Source: Microgenomates group bacterium (GTDB lineage: Bacteria > Patescibacteriota > Microgenomatia > PFEM01 > JBNASD01). From it: 40,243 nucleotides of DNA. The notes beneath the pieces were generated by a model. The model ran no database searches and had not been told where the DNA came from. It saw only the letters and a program-made list of their open reading frames with translations. The position numbers and the translations under genes were made by a program. Location: NCBI GenBank assembly GCA_049720225.1, contig JBNASD010000005.1, forward strand, positions 1 to 40,243, written 5' to 3'. Positions 1-8,174 of the stretch are shown here, piece after piece (position 1 is the first letter of the stretch; each line of letters begins with the position of its first letter).

Positions 1-94
1 TTTATACAAAGTTAATCCCTTAGCTTTAGGATGCCAAGAAATCCAATGTCAAGAAATTGCGATTAAAACCCCGCAATAAAATTAACTTTTCCCC

Positions 95-388
95 TTAAAA
101 ACCCCGACGGGTTTTAAAAATTTCCAACGATTTTTCGGCTCCTTCTTCATCACCATGAGAAGTTAAAAATGTATATACTCCTAGATGAAAAAGCGAGATT
201 TCTTCATCGGTAATTATCCTTTTTCTAGTTGGATCTTGAAAAACATTCTTAATTTCCCTCCAACCTGGAATTTCTTCTAAAATTTTTGAATGTTTTTCTA
301 ATCTCTCTTTTGCAGCTTCATAAAAAGAATACTCGCTTTTGTCTGCTACTGCCTCTAAAGCTCCTATAAAAGTAAATTTCTTAACTCT
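95..388 (-). CDS. start-less ORF (about 97 codons) overlapping the 3' end of 364..627; possible -1 frameshift extension, or a pseudogene
   Basis: Manual translation of the minus strand is open from 388 to the TAA at 97..95 (RVKKFTFIGALEAVADKSEYSFYEAAKERLEKHSKILEEIPGWREIKNVF...EIFKTRRGF). There is no ATG/GTG/TTG until the last few codons, so it is absent from the ORF track. It lies in the -1 frame relative to 364..627. Confidence 0.3.
   Translation of the reverse strand, partial: RVKKFTFIGALEAVADKSEYSFYEAAKERLEKHSKILEEIPGWREIKNVFQDPTRKRIITDEEISLFHLGVYTFLTSHGDEEGAEKSLEIFKTRRGF
98..115 (-). terminator. weak hairpin (aaaaccc-cgac-gggtttt) followed by a T-run on the minus strand
   Basis: A 7-bp inverted repeat with a 4-nt loop, read directly. 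It overlaps the end of the start-less ORF. It has only 3 GC pairs, so it is weak. Confidence 0.3.
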
Positions 389-627
389 CTATAAGAAGGA
401 ACTTCTCTCCTATAAGAGATTACGATTTCTCCTCCCTTGCCTTTACCTCTAATATATAATTCTCCCAATTCTTCACTCATTCTTTTTAAAGTAGCTTCTG
501 GAATTCTGAAAACTAAACTTGCTTCTTTAACAGAAAGAACTACTTGATTAGTTTTTCCTTCTTCGTTTCCAATTAAATTAATAATTCTTCTTAAATCTTC
601 ACTTGCTCTTCTAAATCTTTCTTTCAT
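364..627 (-). CDS. hypothetical small protein, possibly helix-turn-helix
   Basis: 87-aa ORF. The segment VLSVKEASLVFRIPEATLKRMSEE resembles an HTH. I recognise no family. Confidence 0.5.
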   Translation of the reverse strand: MKERFRRASEDLRRIINLIGNEEGKTNQVVLSVKEASLVFRIPEATLKRMSEELGELYIRGKGKGGEIVISYRREVPSYRELRNLLL

Positions 628-649
628 TCATTTTTATTATATTTTTTTA

Positions 650-1648
650 TTATATTTTAAGTTCATGAACTGTATATTTTCCGGTTACTCTAATTTTTCT
701 TGGTTTACCTTTGCTTCCATGATGAGGACATTTTAATTGAGACATTATCTCTATCGTTTCTTTCTCTAAAGAAATCACTGTTCTATCAAATAGTAACTCT
801 GCACCACACTCTTCACAAGTAGGTTTTCTATTTAATAATAAAGAAGCGGGAATATTATAACCAACAATTACTTTTTTAGGAGGAAAATATCTTTCTTTAA
901 AAGGCAAACCATCGCAATCATCGTTTCCACAACACATCTTTCTTTCCCACTCGCCTGTAGATGTCGGGATCCGCCATTGACAACCACAAGGGGCAGTTAA
1001 ATCAAACCCCATACCTAATTCTAAATTTTGTATATCTAGAGGAGGAAATTTACTTCTTTGGCATTTTTCTAAAATTTCAGAAGGACTAATTTTTGTCCAA
1101 CCTTGTTTTTTAAATTGTTCCATTCGTCGACGCAACAGAGGTAAAAACCAAGGTTTTGCAGTTAAATCTACCTCTATTTTTCTTCTTTCTTTAGGAACCC
1201 TCCCCCAAAAAAAACGGAAATTTTTATATCCAAATTTTTCATTTTTATTCCCTCTTTCTACTAAACCCCAACCTTCCATTATTGCCTCTATCAACGAAGG
1301 TAATTTTTCCTCTCCTATTAAAACTATTCCTACTTTTTGATTAACCCCCAATCTTGCTATTAATGTTTCCAGTGTTTCTCTGTATAAGAAGGAGGTTTTT
1401 TCAGTTAAAATTAAAATTCTTTTAGGGTTTAATGGTAATTCATTTTTAAAAGTTCCTCCTGTAAATTCTCCTATTTTTGCTTCTCTCTCTCTTAAACAAA
1501 AAATTACTGAACCTTCTAAAGGTATTTGTGGGTTTATTTTTTCTAATAGATTTTCTGGGGAGGGAAGATCGGGAAAAAAACCATGCAATTCTCTTCCCAA
1601 AAGAAAAGGTGAAAAATCTCCTTGTCTTGGTAATTCCTGTCTTCCCAT
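650..1648 (-). CDS. hypothetical Cys-rich (zinc-ribbon-like) protein
   Basis: 332-aa ORF. The C-terminal third carries Cys clusters (CGCQW, CCGNDDCDG, CEECG, CPHHG) typical of zinc-binding ribbons. I recognise no family. Confidence 0.6.
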   Translation of the reverse strand: MGRQELPRQGDFSPFLLGRELHGFFPDLPSPENLLEKINPQIPLEGSVIFCLREREAKIGEFTGGTFKNELPLNPKRILILTEKTSFLYRETLETLIARLGVNQKVGIVLIGEEKLPSLIEAIMEGWGLVERGNKNEKFGYKNFRFFWGRVPKERRKIEVDLTAKPWFLPLLRRRMEQFKKQGWTKISPSEILEKCQRSKFPPLDIQNLELGMGFDLTAPCGCQWRIPTSTGEWERKMCCGNDDCDGLPFKERYFPPKKVIVGYNIPASLLLNRKPTCEECGAELLFDRTVISLEKETIEIMSQLKCPHHGSKGKPRKIRVTGKYTVHELKI

Positions 1649-1706
1649 GAATTTTTTTAATAATTATAAATTATATTTTATTAAAAATTGAATTAAATAT
1701 CTATAA

Positions 1707-1735
1707 TTGCTTTATCTAAAAACTTATGTTAAAAT
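1707..1735 (+). promoter_or_regulatory. putative extended -10 promoter for secE (TTGCTT-17nt-TGtTAAAAT)
   Basis: TG at 1727-1728, TAAAAT at 1730-1735, and a weak -35 at 1707-1712. The ATG lies 12 nt after the -10 with no SD. Confidence 0.35.
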
Positions 1736-1747
1736 TTTTCCCATAAA

Positions 1748-1924
1748 ATGTTAATTAACTTTTTAAAAGAAGCCAAAAGCGAATTAAATAATGTTTCCTG
1801 GCCAAGCAAGGAGGAAACTGTTAGATTAACGGCGATTGTCATATTTATTTCTGTTTTGGTAGGATTATTTATTGGAATTTTTGATTATCTTTTTACTAAT
1901 TTATTTACTTTAATCATCAAATGA
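1748..1924 (+). CDS. secE: preprotein translocase subunit SecE
   Basis: 58-aa ORF below the track cutoff: MLINFLKEAKSELNNVSWPSKEETVRLTAIVIFISVLVGLFIGIFDYLFTNLFTLIIK. It has the SecE-type pattern (ELxKVxWPs.eEt, then a single TM). It sits immediately upstream of nusG with an ATGA overlap. Confidence 0.75.
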   Translation: MLINFLKEAKSELNNVSWPSKEETVRLTAIVIFISVLVGLFIGIFDYLFTNLFTLIIK

Positions 1925-2517
1925 GTGAAAAAACCAAAGAAAAAAAAGAAACCAAAAGTAAAAATCATATTATTATAAATAAAACCGATAATCCGGCTGC
2001 CCATTGGTATGTCGTTCATACCTATTCTGGTCGAGAGCTTCAGGTGGCTGAACAATTACGCCAAAGAGTAGAATCAATGGGACTAGAAGACCAAATTTTT
2101 GAGATTCTTATTCCTACCCAGAAAAAAATTCAAATTCGCTCTGGCCAAAAGAAAGAGGTTGAGGAAAGAATTTTTCCCGGTTATTTATTGGTAAAAATGA
2201 TTTTAAATGATAATTCTTGGTTAACGGTTCGCACTACCAACGGAATTACCGGTTTTGTCGGGGCTGGTGACCGCCCTACTCCTTTAGAAGAAACGGAGGT
2301 AGGCGCGATTAAAGACTTTATGAAACTCGCGGTACCGAAATTTAAAACCCGTTTTTCTGTTGGCGAAGCAGTTAAAATTGTTGATGGACCGTTTGCTGAC
2401 TTTTTGGGAACTATTGAAAGCATTGATGAAGAAAAAGGGAAAGTCCGAGTATTAGTTTCTATTTTTGGTCGAGAAACCCCAGTAGAATTAGACTTTTTAC
2501 AAATTTCTAAAGTTTAA
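1921..2517 (+). CDS. nusG: transcription termination/antitermination factor NusG
   Basis: NGN region (WYVVHTYSGRE) and KOW region (FSVGEAVKIVDGPFADFLGTIESID). Canonical position between secE and rplK. Confidence 0.95.
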   Translation: MSEKTKEKKETKSKNHIIINKTDNPAAHWYVVHTYSGRELQVAEQLRQRVESMGLEDQIFEILIPTQKKIQIRSGQKKEVEERIFPGYLLVKMILNDNSWLTVRTTNGITGFVGAGDRPTPLEETEVGAIKDFMKLAVPKFKTRFSVGEAVKIVDGPFADFLGTIESIDEEKGKVRVLVSIFGRETPVELDFLQISKV

Positions 2518-2520
2518 AAT

Positions 2521-2946
2521 ATGCCAGGAAAAAAAGTAAAAACTATCATCAAACTTAATCTTCCTGCTGGTGAAGCAACACCCGCTCCTCCGGTTGGTCC
2601 GGCATTGGGTCAACACGGATTGAATATTATGGAGTTTGTCAAAGCTTATAACGAAAAAACCGCTCATCAAAAAGGACAAATTATTCCGGCAGTAATTACT
2701 GTTTATGAGGATCGCACTTTCTCTTTTGTCACCAAAATGCCTCCGGTTTCGGCAATGATTAAACAAGAATTAAAATTAGAAAAAGGGGCAAGTAAAACTG
2801 GCCAAGAAGAAGTCGGTGTTTTGACTAAAGAACAAGTAGAAAAAATTGCTAAAGCAAAAATGGCTGATTTAAACACTGATAATTTAGAATCCGCTATCAA
2901 AATGGTGGAGGGAACTGCCCGGTCAATGGGGGTAAAAATTAAATAA
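2521..2946 (+). CDS. rplK: 50S ribosomal protein L11
   Basis: [30 protein letters not shown] is the L11 N-terminal signature. Confidence 0.97.
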   Translation: MPGKKVKTIIKLNLPAGEATPAPPVGPALGQHGLNIMEFVKAYNEKTAHQKGQIIPAVITVYEDRTFSFVTKMPPVSAMIKQELKLEKGASKTGQEEVGVLTKEQVEKIAKAKMADLNTDNLESAIKMVEGTARSMGVKIK

Positions 2947-2957
2947 AAAGGAGGTTT

Positions 2958-3764
2958 ATGACAAAAAAACAAACCGAACAAACTAAAAAAGAAGAAAAAA
3001 AACCAGTAGTAGAACATAAAGGTCGGTTAGTGGTAAGAACAGGAAAAGAGCACGGAAAAATTACCGATTTAGGAATGCAAGCTTTACAGGAAGCAAAAAT
3101 CATTGAAGAAAAAACTAAAAAAATTGAAGAAGAAGTAACTAAAGTAGCAAAAAAGGTAGCAAAAACGCCAAAACCACCGCGACCACGAGGAAAAAAATAC
3201 CAACAGGCAAAAAAACTAGTTGATCCACAAAAACTTTACCCTTTAAAAGAAGCGATTAAATTAGTTAAACAAGTTTCTTTTTCTAAATTTCCTGGTTCAG
3301 TTGAAGTTCATCTGGTAGTAAAAGAACAAGGAATAAAAGGAGAAATCGAATTCCCCTATCCTACCGGAAAAGAACAAAAAATAAGAATTGCCGATGAGGC
3401 TCTTTTGAAAGACTTAGAAAAAGGAAAAATTGATTTTACCCTCTTGGTGGCCTCTCCCAAAATGATGCCCAAATTAGCTAAATATGCCAAACTTTTAGGA
3501 CCTAAAGGATTAATGCCCAATCCAAAAGCAGGAACAATTGGAGAAAATCCTGAAGAATTAGCCAAAAAATTTCAAGGAAAAACTCATTTTAAAACTGAAC
3601 CAAAAGCTCCTTTAATTCATTTAGTAATTGGTAAGGTTAACCAACCAGAAGAAGAACTAGAAAAAAATTTTTTAGCCTTGGTAGAAGCAGTGGGAGTTAA
3701 AAATATTAAAAAAGCAGCCATTGCCCCTACCATGGGGCCGGGAATAAAAATAAAACTAGAATAA
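2958..3764 (+). CDS. rplA: 50S ribosomal protein L1 with an N-terminal Lys/Glu-rich extension of about 75 aa
   Basis: The canonical L1 core starts near GKKYQQAKKLVDPQKLYPLKEAIKLVK. The LGPKGLMPNPKAGT motif is present. AGGAGG lies 5 nt upstream of the ATG at 2958. Confidence 0.95.
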   Translation: MTKKQTEQTKKEEKKPVVEHKGRLVVRTGKEHGKITDLGMQALQEAKIIEEKTKKIEEEVTKVAKKVAKTPKPPRPRGKKYQQAKKLVDPQKLYPLKEAIKLVKQVSFSKFPGSVEVHLVVKEQGIKGEIEFPYPTGKEQKIRIADEALLKDLEKGKIDFTLLVASPKMMPKLAKYAKLLGPKGLMPNPKAGTIGENPEELAKKFQGKTHFKTEPKAPLIHLVIGKVNQPEEELEKNFLALVEAVGVKNIKKAAIAPTMGPGIKIKLE

Positions 3765-4286
3765 ATGATTTCTTGCGAAAAAAGCAGACCACCATTTTCC
3801 TCTGACGAAAACATAGAAATAATAAAAATTACCAATTATTGGAGAGAAAGATTAACTTCATTACCTCCCTTAATTAAAAATGTTATTGATTCGGCTGTAG
3901 AAAAGATTGAAAGTGCGCTCAAATATCCTGATACTCAAACAAAAGATAACGTTTTAAAAAATGGAGTTAGTTTTTTAATTGCTCTAGGATTATATCTTTC
4001 TTCACCCGCTTATTCTCCTGAAAACCCTCCTCAAACTATGGCGAAATTAATTGAGGGATTAAATAATTTTCCTTTTAAAGATGGAAATTTTTTAGGGCTG
4101 GGCGATAAATTTCCTGATTCTTGCGGAAGAACTTTTCAAATAAAAGGGATTTATCCGCCTTATGAAAAACCACCAAAAGAGGAAGGATTTTTAATTCCGG
4201 GAACAAATATGTGGGATTTTCCCTCCTCCCATGGAAATAACTTTATTCCTGGAATATACCATCTTTTACTCTCCACTCCCTCTTGA
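3765..4286 (+). CDS. hypothetical protein
   Basis: 173-aa ORF starting at the nucleotide after the rplA stop (TAAATG). No recognisable motif. Confidence 0.5.
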   Translation: MISCEKSRPPFSSDENIEIIKITNYWRERLTSLPPLIKNVIDSAVEKIESALKYPDTQTKDNVLKNGVSFLIALGLYLSSPAYSPENPPQTMAKLIEGLNNFPFKDGNFLGLGDKFPDSCGRTFQIKGIYPPYEKPPKEEGFLIPGTNMWDFPSSHGNNFIPGIYHLLLSTPS

Positions 4287-4451
4287 CAAAAAAAACAAAA
4301 AGGTGTTTTAAATAAAAATAACGATATGAGTCCTGAAAGGAGGAATATTTAGAAGAAAAAAAACCAGAAGACACTCCCCTCCCTACCAATTTCAAGAGAA
4401 GAAGACCCTAAAAAAGAAACAGAAAGGTTAATAAAAGAAAGCGCAGAAGAT

Positions 4452-4793
4452 TTGGCAGAACAATTACTAGACGACCCTTTTAACACAATTTATTGCTGTT
4501 TTGAGCCTCCTAGTGGTAAATCAGCCGAAATGATTTTTCCTGATCATAGAACTATAAAAGTAGAAATGAGGACTCCAGAAAAAACAGAGGAAGTTGCAAT
4601 GAACATCATAAGGGGAGTTCTTAATGAAAAGCTTACGAATAATGAACAATTACCAGATTTAAAGATAACTCTTCCAACTGGTGAAATTGTGGTAGTAAAT
4701 TTTAGTTCTGAAATGACTAAAACTCCAGAAGGGCCAGAAATTAAAATGACCAGCACAACTATAATCCCCGGCCCTACTACATATAATTTTTAA
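4452..4793 (+). CDS. hypothetical protein (start uncertain, TTG)
   Basis: 113-aa ORF. The frame is open upstream to a TAG with no ATG. No SD precedes the TTG. Confidence 0.4.
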   Translation: MAEQLLDDPFNTIYCCFEPPSGKSAEMIFPDHRTIKVEMRTPEKTEEVAMNIIRGVLNEKLTNNEQLPDLKITLPTGEIVVVNFSSEMTKTPEGPEIKMTSTTIIPGPTTYNF

Positions 4794-4801
4794 AAATAAA
4801 T

Positions 4802-4830
4802 TTGACAAATCCTTCTTTTTTTGTTATAAA
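4802..4830 (+). promoter_or_regulatory. sigma70-like promoter TTGACA-17nt-TATAAA
   Basis: TTGACA at 4802-4807, a 17-nt spacer, TATAAA at 4825-4830. It lies 23 nt upstream of the ATG at 4854. Confidence 0.45.
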
Positions 4831-4853
4831 AAAAGTATCCTGCCCCATAATTT

Positions 4854-5903
4854 ATGAAACTATCTTTTAAACGATTTCTCCAAGGTGCAGGAATTGGATT
4901 TCTTATTTTAAGTTTATGGCTTGCTTTACCCCAAATTAAAGCAGGAACGATCACTCCTCCAGAAGATGGACCAGGAGGTTGCTGTGATCCGGCTAATCCT
5001 TATGATCCGGTTGGTGGTTGTCGGAGCTGGGAAGAATGCCGAGTAAATAATGGAGCTTGTTCAACTAACAAAAGCTGTTGCGTTAAAAATGGTCATGGAT
5101 GTTCGCAAAATAGCGATTGTTGTTCCGGAAATTGCTGTGGCGGTACTTGTCAAGAAACTTGTGGGATTGGCCCTCAGTTAACCTGTGGAGCTGACGGAAA
5201 TGGTGTTTGGATTAAAAATACGGGTGACCAACCAATGAATGGAGTCTCTTTTACTTGGTTTGCTCGTTTTTGTAATTATAATGAAGGATGTTTTTGTGGC
5301 GGTAGCCCTTCTCAAGAAACGGTTAATTTAGCTCCCGGTCAAACAATTACCCGCGGTTTTGTCAATACTCATCCTCCCTGTCAATGGGCTTGGCAAACCG
5401 ATGTCACTGCCAACTGGCAAACCCAAACTTGTCACCGTTCCGCTCATGGTTGTGGAAGTGAACCATGCGTTACTCCCTCTCCAACCCCTACTCCTCGTCC
5501 AACCGCTACTCCTACTCCTTCTCCTACTCCACGACCGACCAATACTCCTACACCAACCCCTACGGCTACTCCCTCACCAACCTTCACTCCTACTCCTACT
5601 TTACGGCCAACTACTACCCCTACACCCGCTCCCACTACGACTCCCTCACCAACAGCTACCCCCACCGTAACTCCTACTGTTACACCTGAACCCACTGCTA
5701 CCCCCACTCCCACTTCTACCCCTACTCCTACACCTTCTTCTACCCCTACTCCTACACCCTCACCAGAACCAACTCCTACTTCTCCCCCGGTTTTAGGAGT
5801 TCAAGCTCCCCCAGTTTTACCCGCCACTGGCTTTTCTTTAACTAATATTGGCCTCCTTGCGGGAATAGGAGTTCTTCTCCAAATAATTGCTCTTCTCTTA
5901 TGA
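4854..5903 (+). CDS. secreted Cys-rich surface protein with PT-rich stalk and LPATG sortase sorting signal
   Basis: Signal peptide ([14 protein letters not shown]). 22 Cys between residues 43 and 205 ([34 protein letters not shown]). A PT linker of about 107 aa. LPATG at 5817-5831, followed by a hydrophobic tail that ends the protein. Confidence 0.85.
   Translation: MKLSFKRFLQGAGIGFLILSLWLALPQIKAGTITPPEDGPGGCCDPANPYDPVGGCRSWEECRVNNGACSTNKSCCVKNGHGCSQNSDCCSGNCCGGTCQETCGIGPQLTCGADGNGVWIKNTGDQPMNGVSFTWFARFCNYNEGCFCGGSPSQETVNLAPGQTITRGFVNTHPPCQWAWQTDVTANWQTQTCHRSAHGCGSEPCVTPSPTPTPRPTATPTPSPTPRPTNTPTPTPTATPSPTFTPTPTLRPTTTPTPAPTTTPSPTATPTVTPTVTPEPTATPTPTSTPTPTPSSTPTPTPSPEPTPTSPPVLGVQAPPVLPATGFSLTNIGLLAGIGVLLQIIALLL
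5469..5789 (+). repeat. low-complexity Pro/Thr-coding linker (imperfect cct/act/ccc/aca repeats)
   Basis: Residues 206-312 of the 4854..5903 protein are almost entirely P/T/S/A. This region generates spurious ORFs in other frames. Confidence 0.8.
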
Positions 5904-6571
5904 AAGAAATCGTCATTTACGAAGCAAGTAAACCCGAAAAAACCTTTCGGCGGAAAATTAAAGTTATTTTAAGAAGTGTTAGTTTTTTTCTTCTTTTGAT
6001 TTCTTTTTTGGGATTTATTTTTAGTTTCGGCCCAATCCTTAAAGCAGAAATTAAATATCTTTTAAAAAAACAAATCAAAACCAGCTATTTTGCCAGTCTT
6101 TTAAAAGAAAGCCAAGCTTATGAGCCACCTCTTATTGCTCCTGATCCTTATTTTTCTTTAATTATTCCCAAAATTGAAGCTAAAGCAAAAATTTTACCCA
6201 ACATTGATGCCAGTAACCCAGAAATTTATCTTGAAGCTTTAAAAGAAGGAGTCGCCCATGCTCAAGGAACCTTTTTTCCAGGAATGAAGGGAACTATTTT
6301 TTTATTTGCTCATTCTACTGACTCACCATTAAATATTCGCCGTTACAATGCGGTTTTTTATCTTCTAAAAGAGCTTGAACCTCAAGATGAAATTGTGGTT
6401 GTTTTTCTTAATCGTCGATTTAATTATCAGGTAGTGGAGAAAAAAATTGTCAATCGGAAAGACACCCAATTCTTTTTTCAAGCAGAAAAGGAACAATTAG
6501 TTTTGCAAACCTGTTGGCCGCCGGGAACTACCCAAAAAGCCCTTTTAATTTTTGCCGAAAGAAAAAATTAA
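5900..6571 (+). CDS. sortase family transpeptidase
   Basis: N-terminal TM anchor, His region FLFAHS, active-site [10 protein letters not shown] (TLxTC-type), downstream Arg. ATGA overlap with the LPATG substrate gene. Confidence 0.85.
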   Translation: MKEIVIYEASKPEKTFRRKIKVILRSVSFFLLLISFLGFIFSFGPILKAEIKYLLKKQIKTSYFASLLKESQAYEPPLIAPDPYFSLIIPKIEAKAKILPNIDASNPEIYLEALKEGVAHAQGTFFPGMKGTIFLFAHSTDSPLNIRRYNAVFYLLKELEPQDEIVVVFLNRRFNYQVVEKKIVNRKDTQFFFQAEKEQLVLQTCWPPGTTQKALLIFAERKN

Positions 6572-7905
6572 AGATATCTCTCTTTTTCCCAATCGGTTAC
6601 CTCCACCAAAAATTCTTTCCACTCTCTCTCTTTAATTTCCAAATAGCGATTTTTTGCTCTTCCTAAAACCTCCAAAATTAATTGGTCTTCTTTTAAGGCA
6701 TTAATTGCTTCTCTTAAACTTTCGGGAAGTAAATCAATTTTGTTTCGCAAAAGCTCATGAAAATCAAACTCATATACATTTTCTTCTACTGGTGGAGGGG
6801 GAGAAATTTTCCTTTTTATTCCTTCCAAACCAGCAGAAAGTAATCCCGCTAATGCCAAATAAGGATTGGCGGTCGGATCCGGCGCCCGATATTCCAAACG
6901 GGTAGAAATTTTTGCCTTTTGGGGAATATTTTGGGGAATCCGAATTAAGCTTGAACGATTAGTTTGTCCCCAGCAAATATAAACCGGTGCTTCAAAACCA
7001 GAAACAAGTCTTTTATAAGAATTAACGGTGGGAGAAACCAAAGCGGATAAAGCCTTAGCATGAGTTAATTGACCGGCCAAAAAATTTAAAGCCAAACTAG
7101 AAAGCTGATATTGACCATTTTTTTGATAAAAAAGATTTTTCCCTTTTTTCCATAAACTTTGATGAATATGTAAACCATTTCCCGGTAAACCTTTAATTGG
7201 TTTAGCCATCCAAACTGCTTTTAAATCACTTTGACCGGTAAAAGCCTTAAGAGTCATTTTCAAAGTCATAATGTTATCGGCAGTTTTTAAAGCTTCATCA
7301 TAATGAAGATCAATTTCATGTTGACCTGGCCCTACCTCATGATGATGCGCTTCGGCTTTAATCCCAAAAGACAAAAGAGCTTGAATTACTTTCTCGCAAA
7401 TTGCTGATGCTCGCGAATGAGGAGTGTAATCAAAATAAGATTTATTATCGTGTGGTTGAAGTTGAGGCAAAAAACTCCGTTCAAAAAGATAAAACTCAAA
7501 TTCCGCCCCTACTAAATAATGATAACCTAATTTTTTTGCCTGACTTATTGCCTTTTCTAAAATAAAGCGCGGGTCTGCTGGTAATCGCCTATCTTTAGAA
7601 TTATAAATATTACAAATAAACCGCCCTGCTTTTCTTTCCGGTTCACTCCAAGGTAAAACGGCAAAAGTCTGAGGATCAGGGCGCAAACGCATATCACTTT
7701 CGGAAATCCGGGCAAACCCCTCAATCGAAGAACCATCAAACCAAATTCCTTCTTCCAAAACCTTTTCCCACAAAGAAGCGGGAATAACAATGGTTTTTAC
7801 CTGACCAAACAGATCGGAAAATTGAAGATAAATAAAAGCGAGGTTTTCTTTTTCAATTATTTTTTTAATTTCCCTCTTTTGCACTTTTATTTTTAATTTT
7901 AGCAA
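6568..7905 (-). CDS. glnA: glutamine synthetase (type I-like)
   Basis: GS motifs: GPGQHEIDL, KPIKGLPGNGLHIHQSLW, NSYKRLVSGFEAP, NRSSLIRIP, RLEYRAPDPTANPYLA. Confidence 0.93.
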   Translation of the reverse strand: MLKLKIKVQKREIKKIIEKENLAFIYLQFSDLFGQVKTIVIPASLWEKVLEEGIWFDGSSIEGFARISESDMRLRPDPQTFAVLPWSEPERKAGRFICNIYNSKDRRLPADPRFILEKAISQAKKLGYHYLVGAEFEFYLFERSFLPQLQPHDNKSYFDYTPHSRASAICEKVIQALLSFGIKAEAHHHEVGPGQHEIDLHYDEALKTADNIMTLKMTLKAFTGQSDLKAVWMAKPIKGLPGNGLHIHQSLWKKGKNLFYQKNGQYQLSSLALNFLAGQLTHAKALSALVSPTVNSYKRLVSGFEAPVYICWGQTNRSSLIRIPQNIPQKAKISTRLEYRAPDPTANPYLALAGLLSAGLEGIKRKISPPPPVEENVYEFDFHELLRNKIDLLPESLREAINALKEDQLILEVLGRAKNRYLEIKEREWKEFLVEVTDWEKERYL

Positions 7906-8132
7906 AAAGTTTTAAAATTGGGGAGGAAGTCCTTAAAAAGCATTCAAGAATATAGAAAACCTTTTATTTTAAAAGGACGCGTTTTAGAAGACGGTTCAAA
8001 AGCAGAAACTCATTCGACAATAATACTTCACCCTTCCCCCCGGAATAAAATTTGAAGATGTCGCTCCTTGTTTGAAAAATATTTAAAAAAAATAAAAAAA
8101 TCAAAAATTTTTATTTAAAATTATTTCCTTTT

Positions 8133-8162
8133 TTGACAATTAAAGGATTAAAAATTTAAAAT
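8133..8162 (+). promoter_or_regulatory. sigma70-like promoter TTGACA-18nt-TAAAAT
   Basis: TTGACA at 8133-8138 and TAAAAT at 8157-8162. The ATG at 8175 is only 12 nt downstream, with no SD. Confidence 0.45.
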
Positions 8163-8174
8163 ACTGCTTAAAAT

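Noticed and set aside
2181-3835. Minus-strand ORFs 2181..2423, 2497..2766, 2703..3017, 3356..3565 and 3617..3835
   Set aside because: They are antisense to unambiguous nusG, rplK and rplA coding sequence. They have no RBS and no recognisable motifs.
5359-5713. Three overlapping ORFs (5359..5670 plus, 5465..5689 plus, 5444..5713 minus) encoding Leu/Pro-, Tyr/Ser- or Gly/Val-rich proteins
   Set aside because: They are alternative-frame or antisense readings of the Pro/Thr linker of the 4854..5903 gene. Their low-complexity composition is an artefact of the cct/act repeat.
6568-6571. 4-nt convergent overlap of the sortase and glnA stop codons (TTAA)
   Set aside because: The overlap is real in the sequence, but it is a trivial consequence of compact gene packing. 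No regulatory meaning can be supported.
7906-8132. Possible glutamine riboswitch or other structured leader in the 5' region of about 270 nt upstream of glnA
   Set aside because: I could not match the glnA RNA motif consensus or find a convincing conserved stem by eye. A covariance-model search (Rfam) would be needed.
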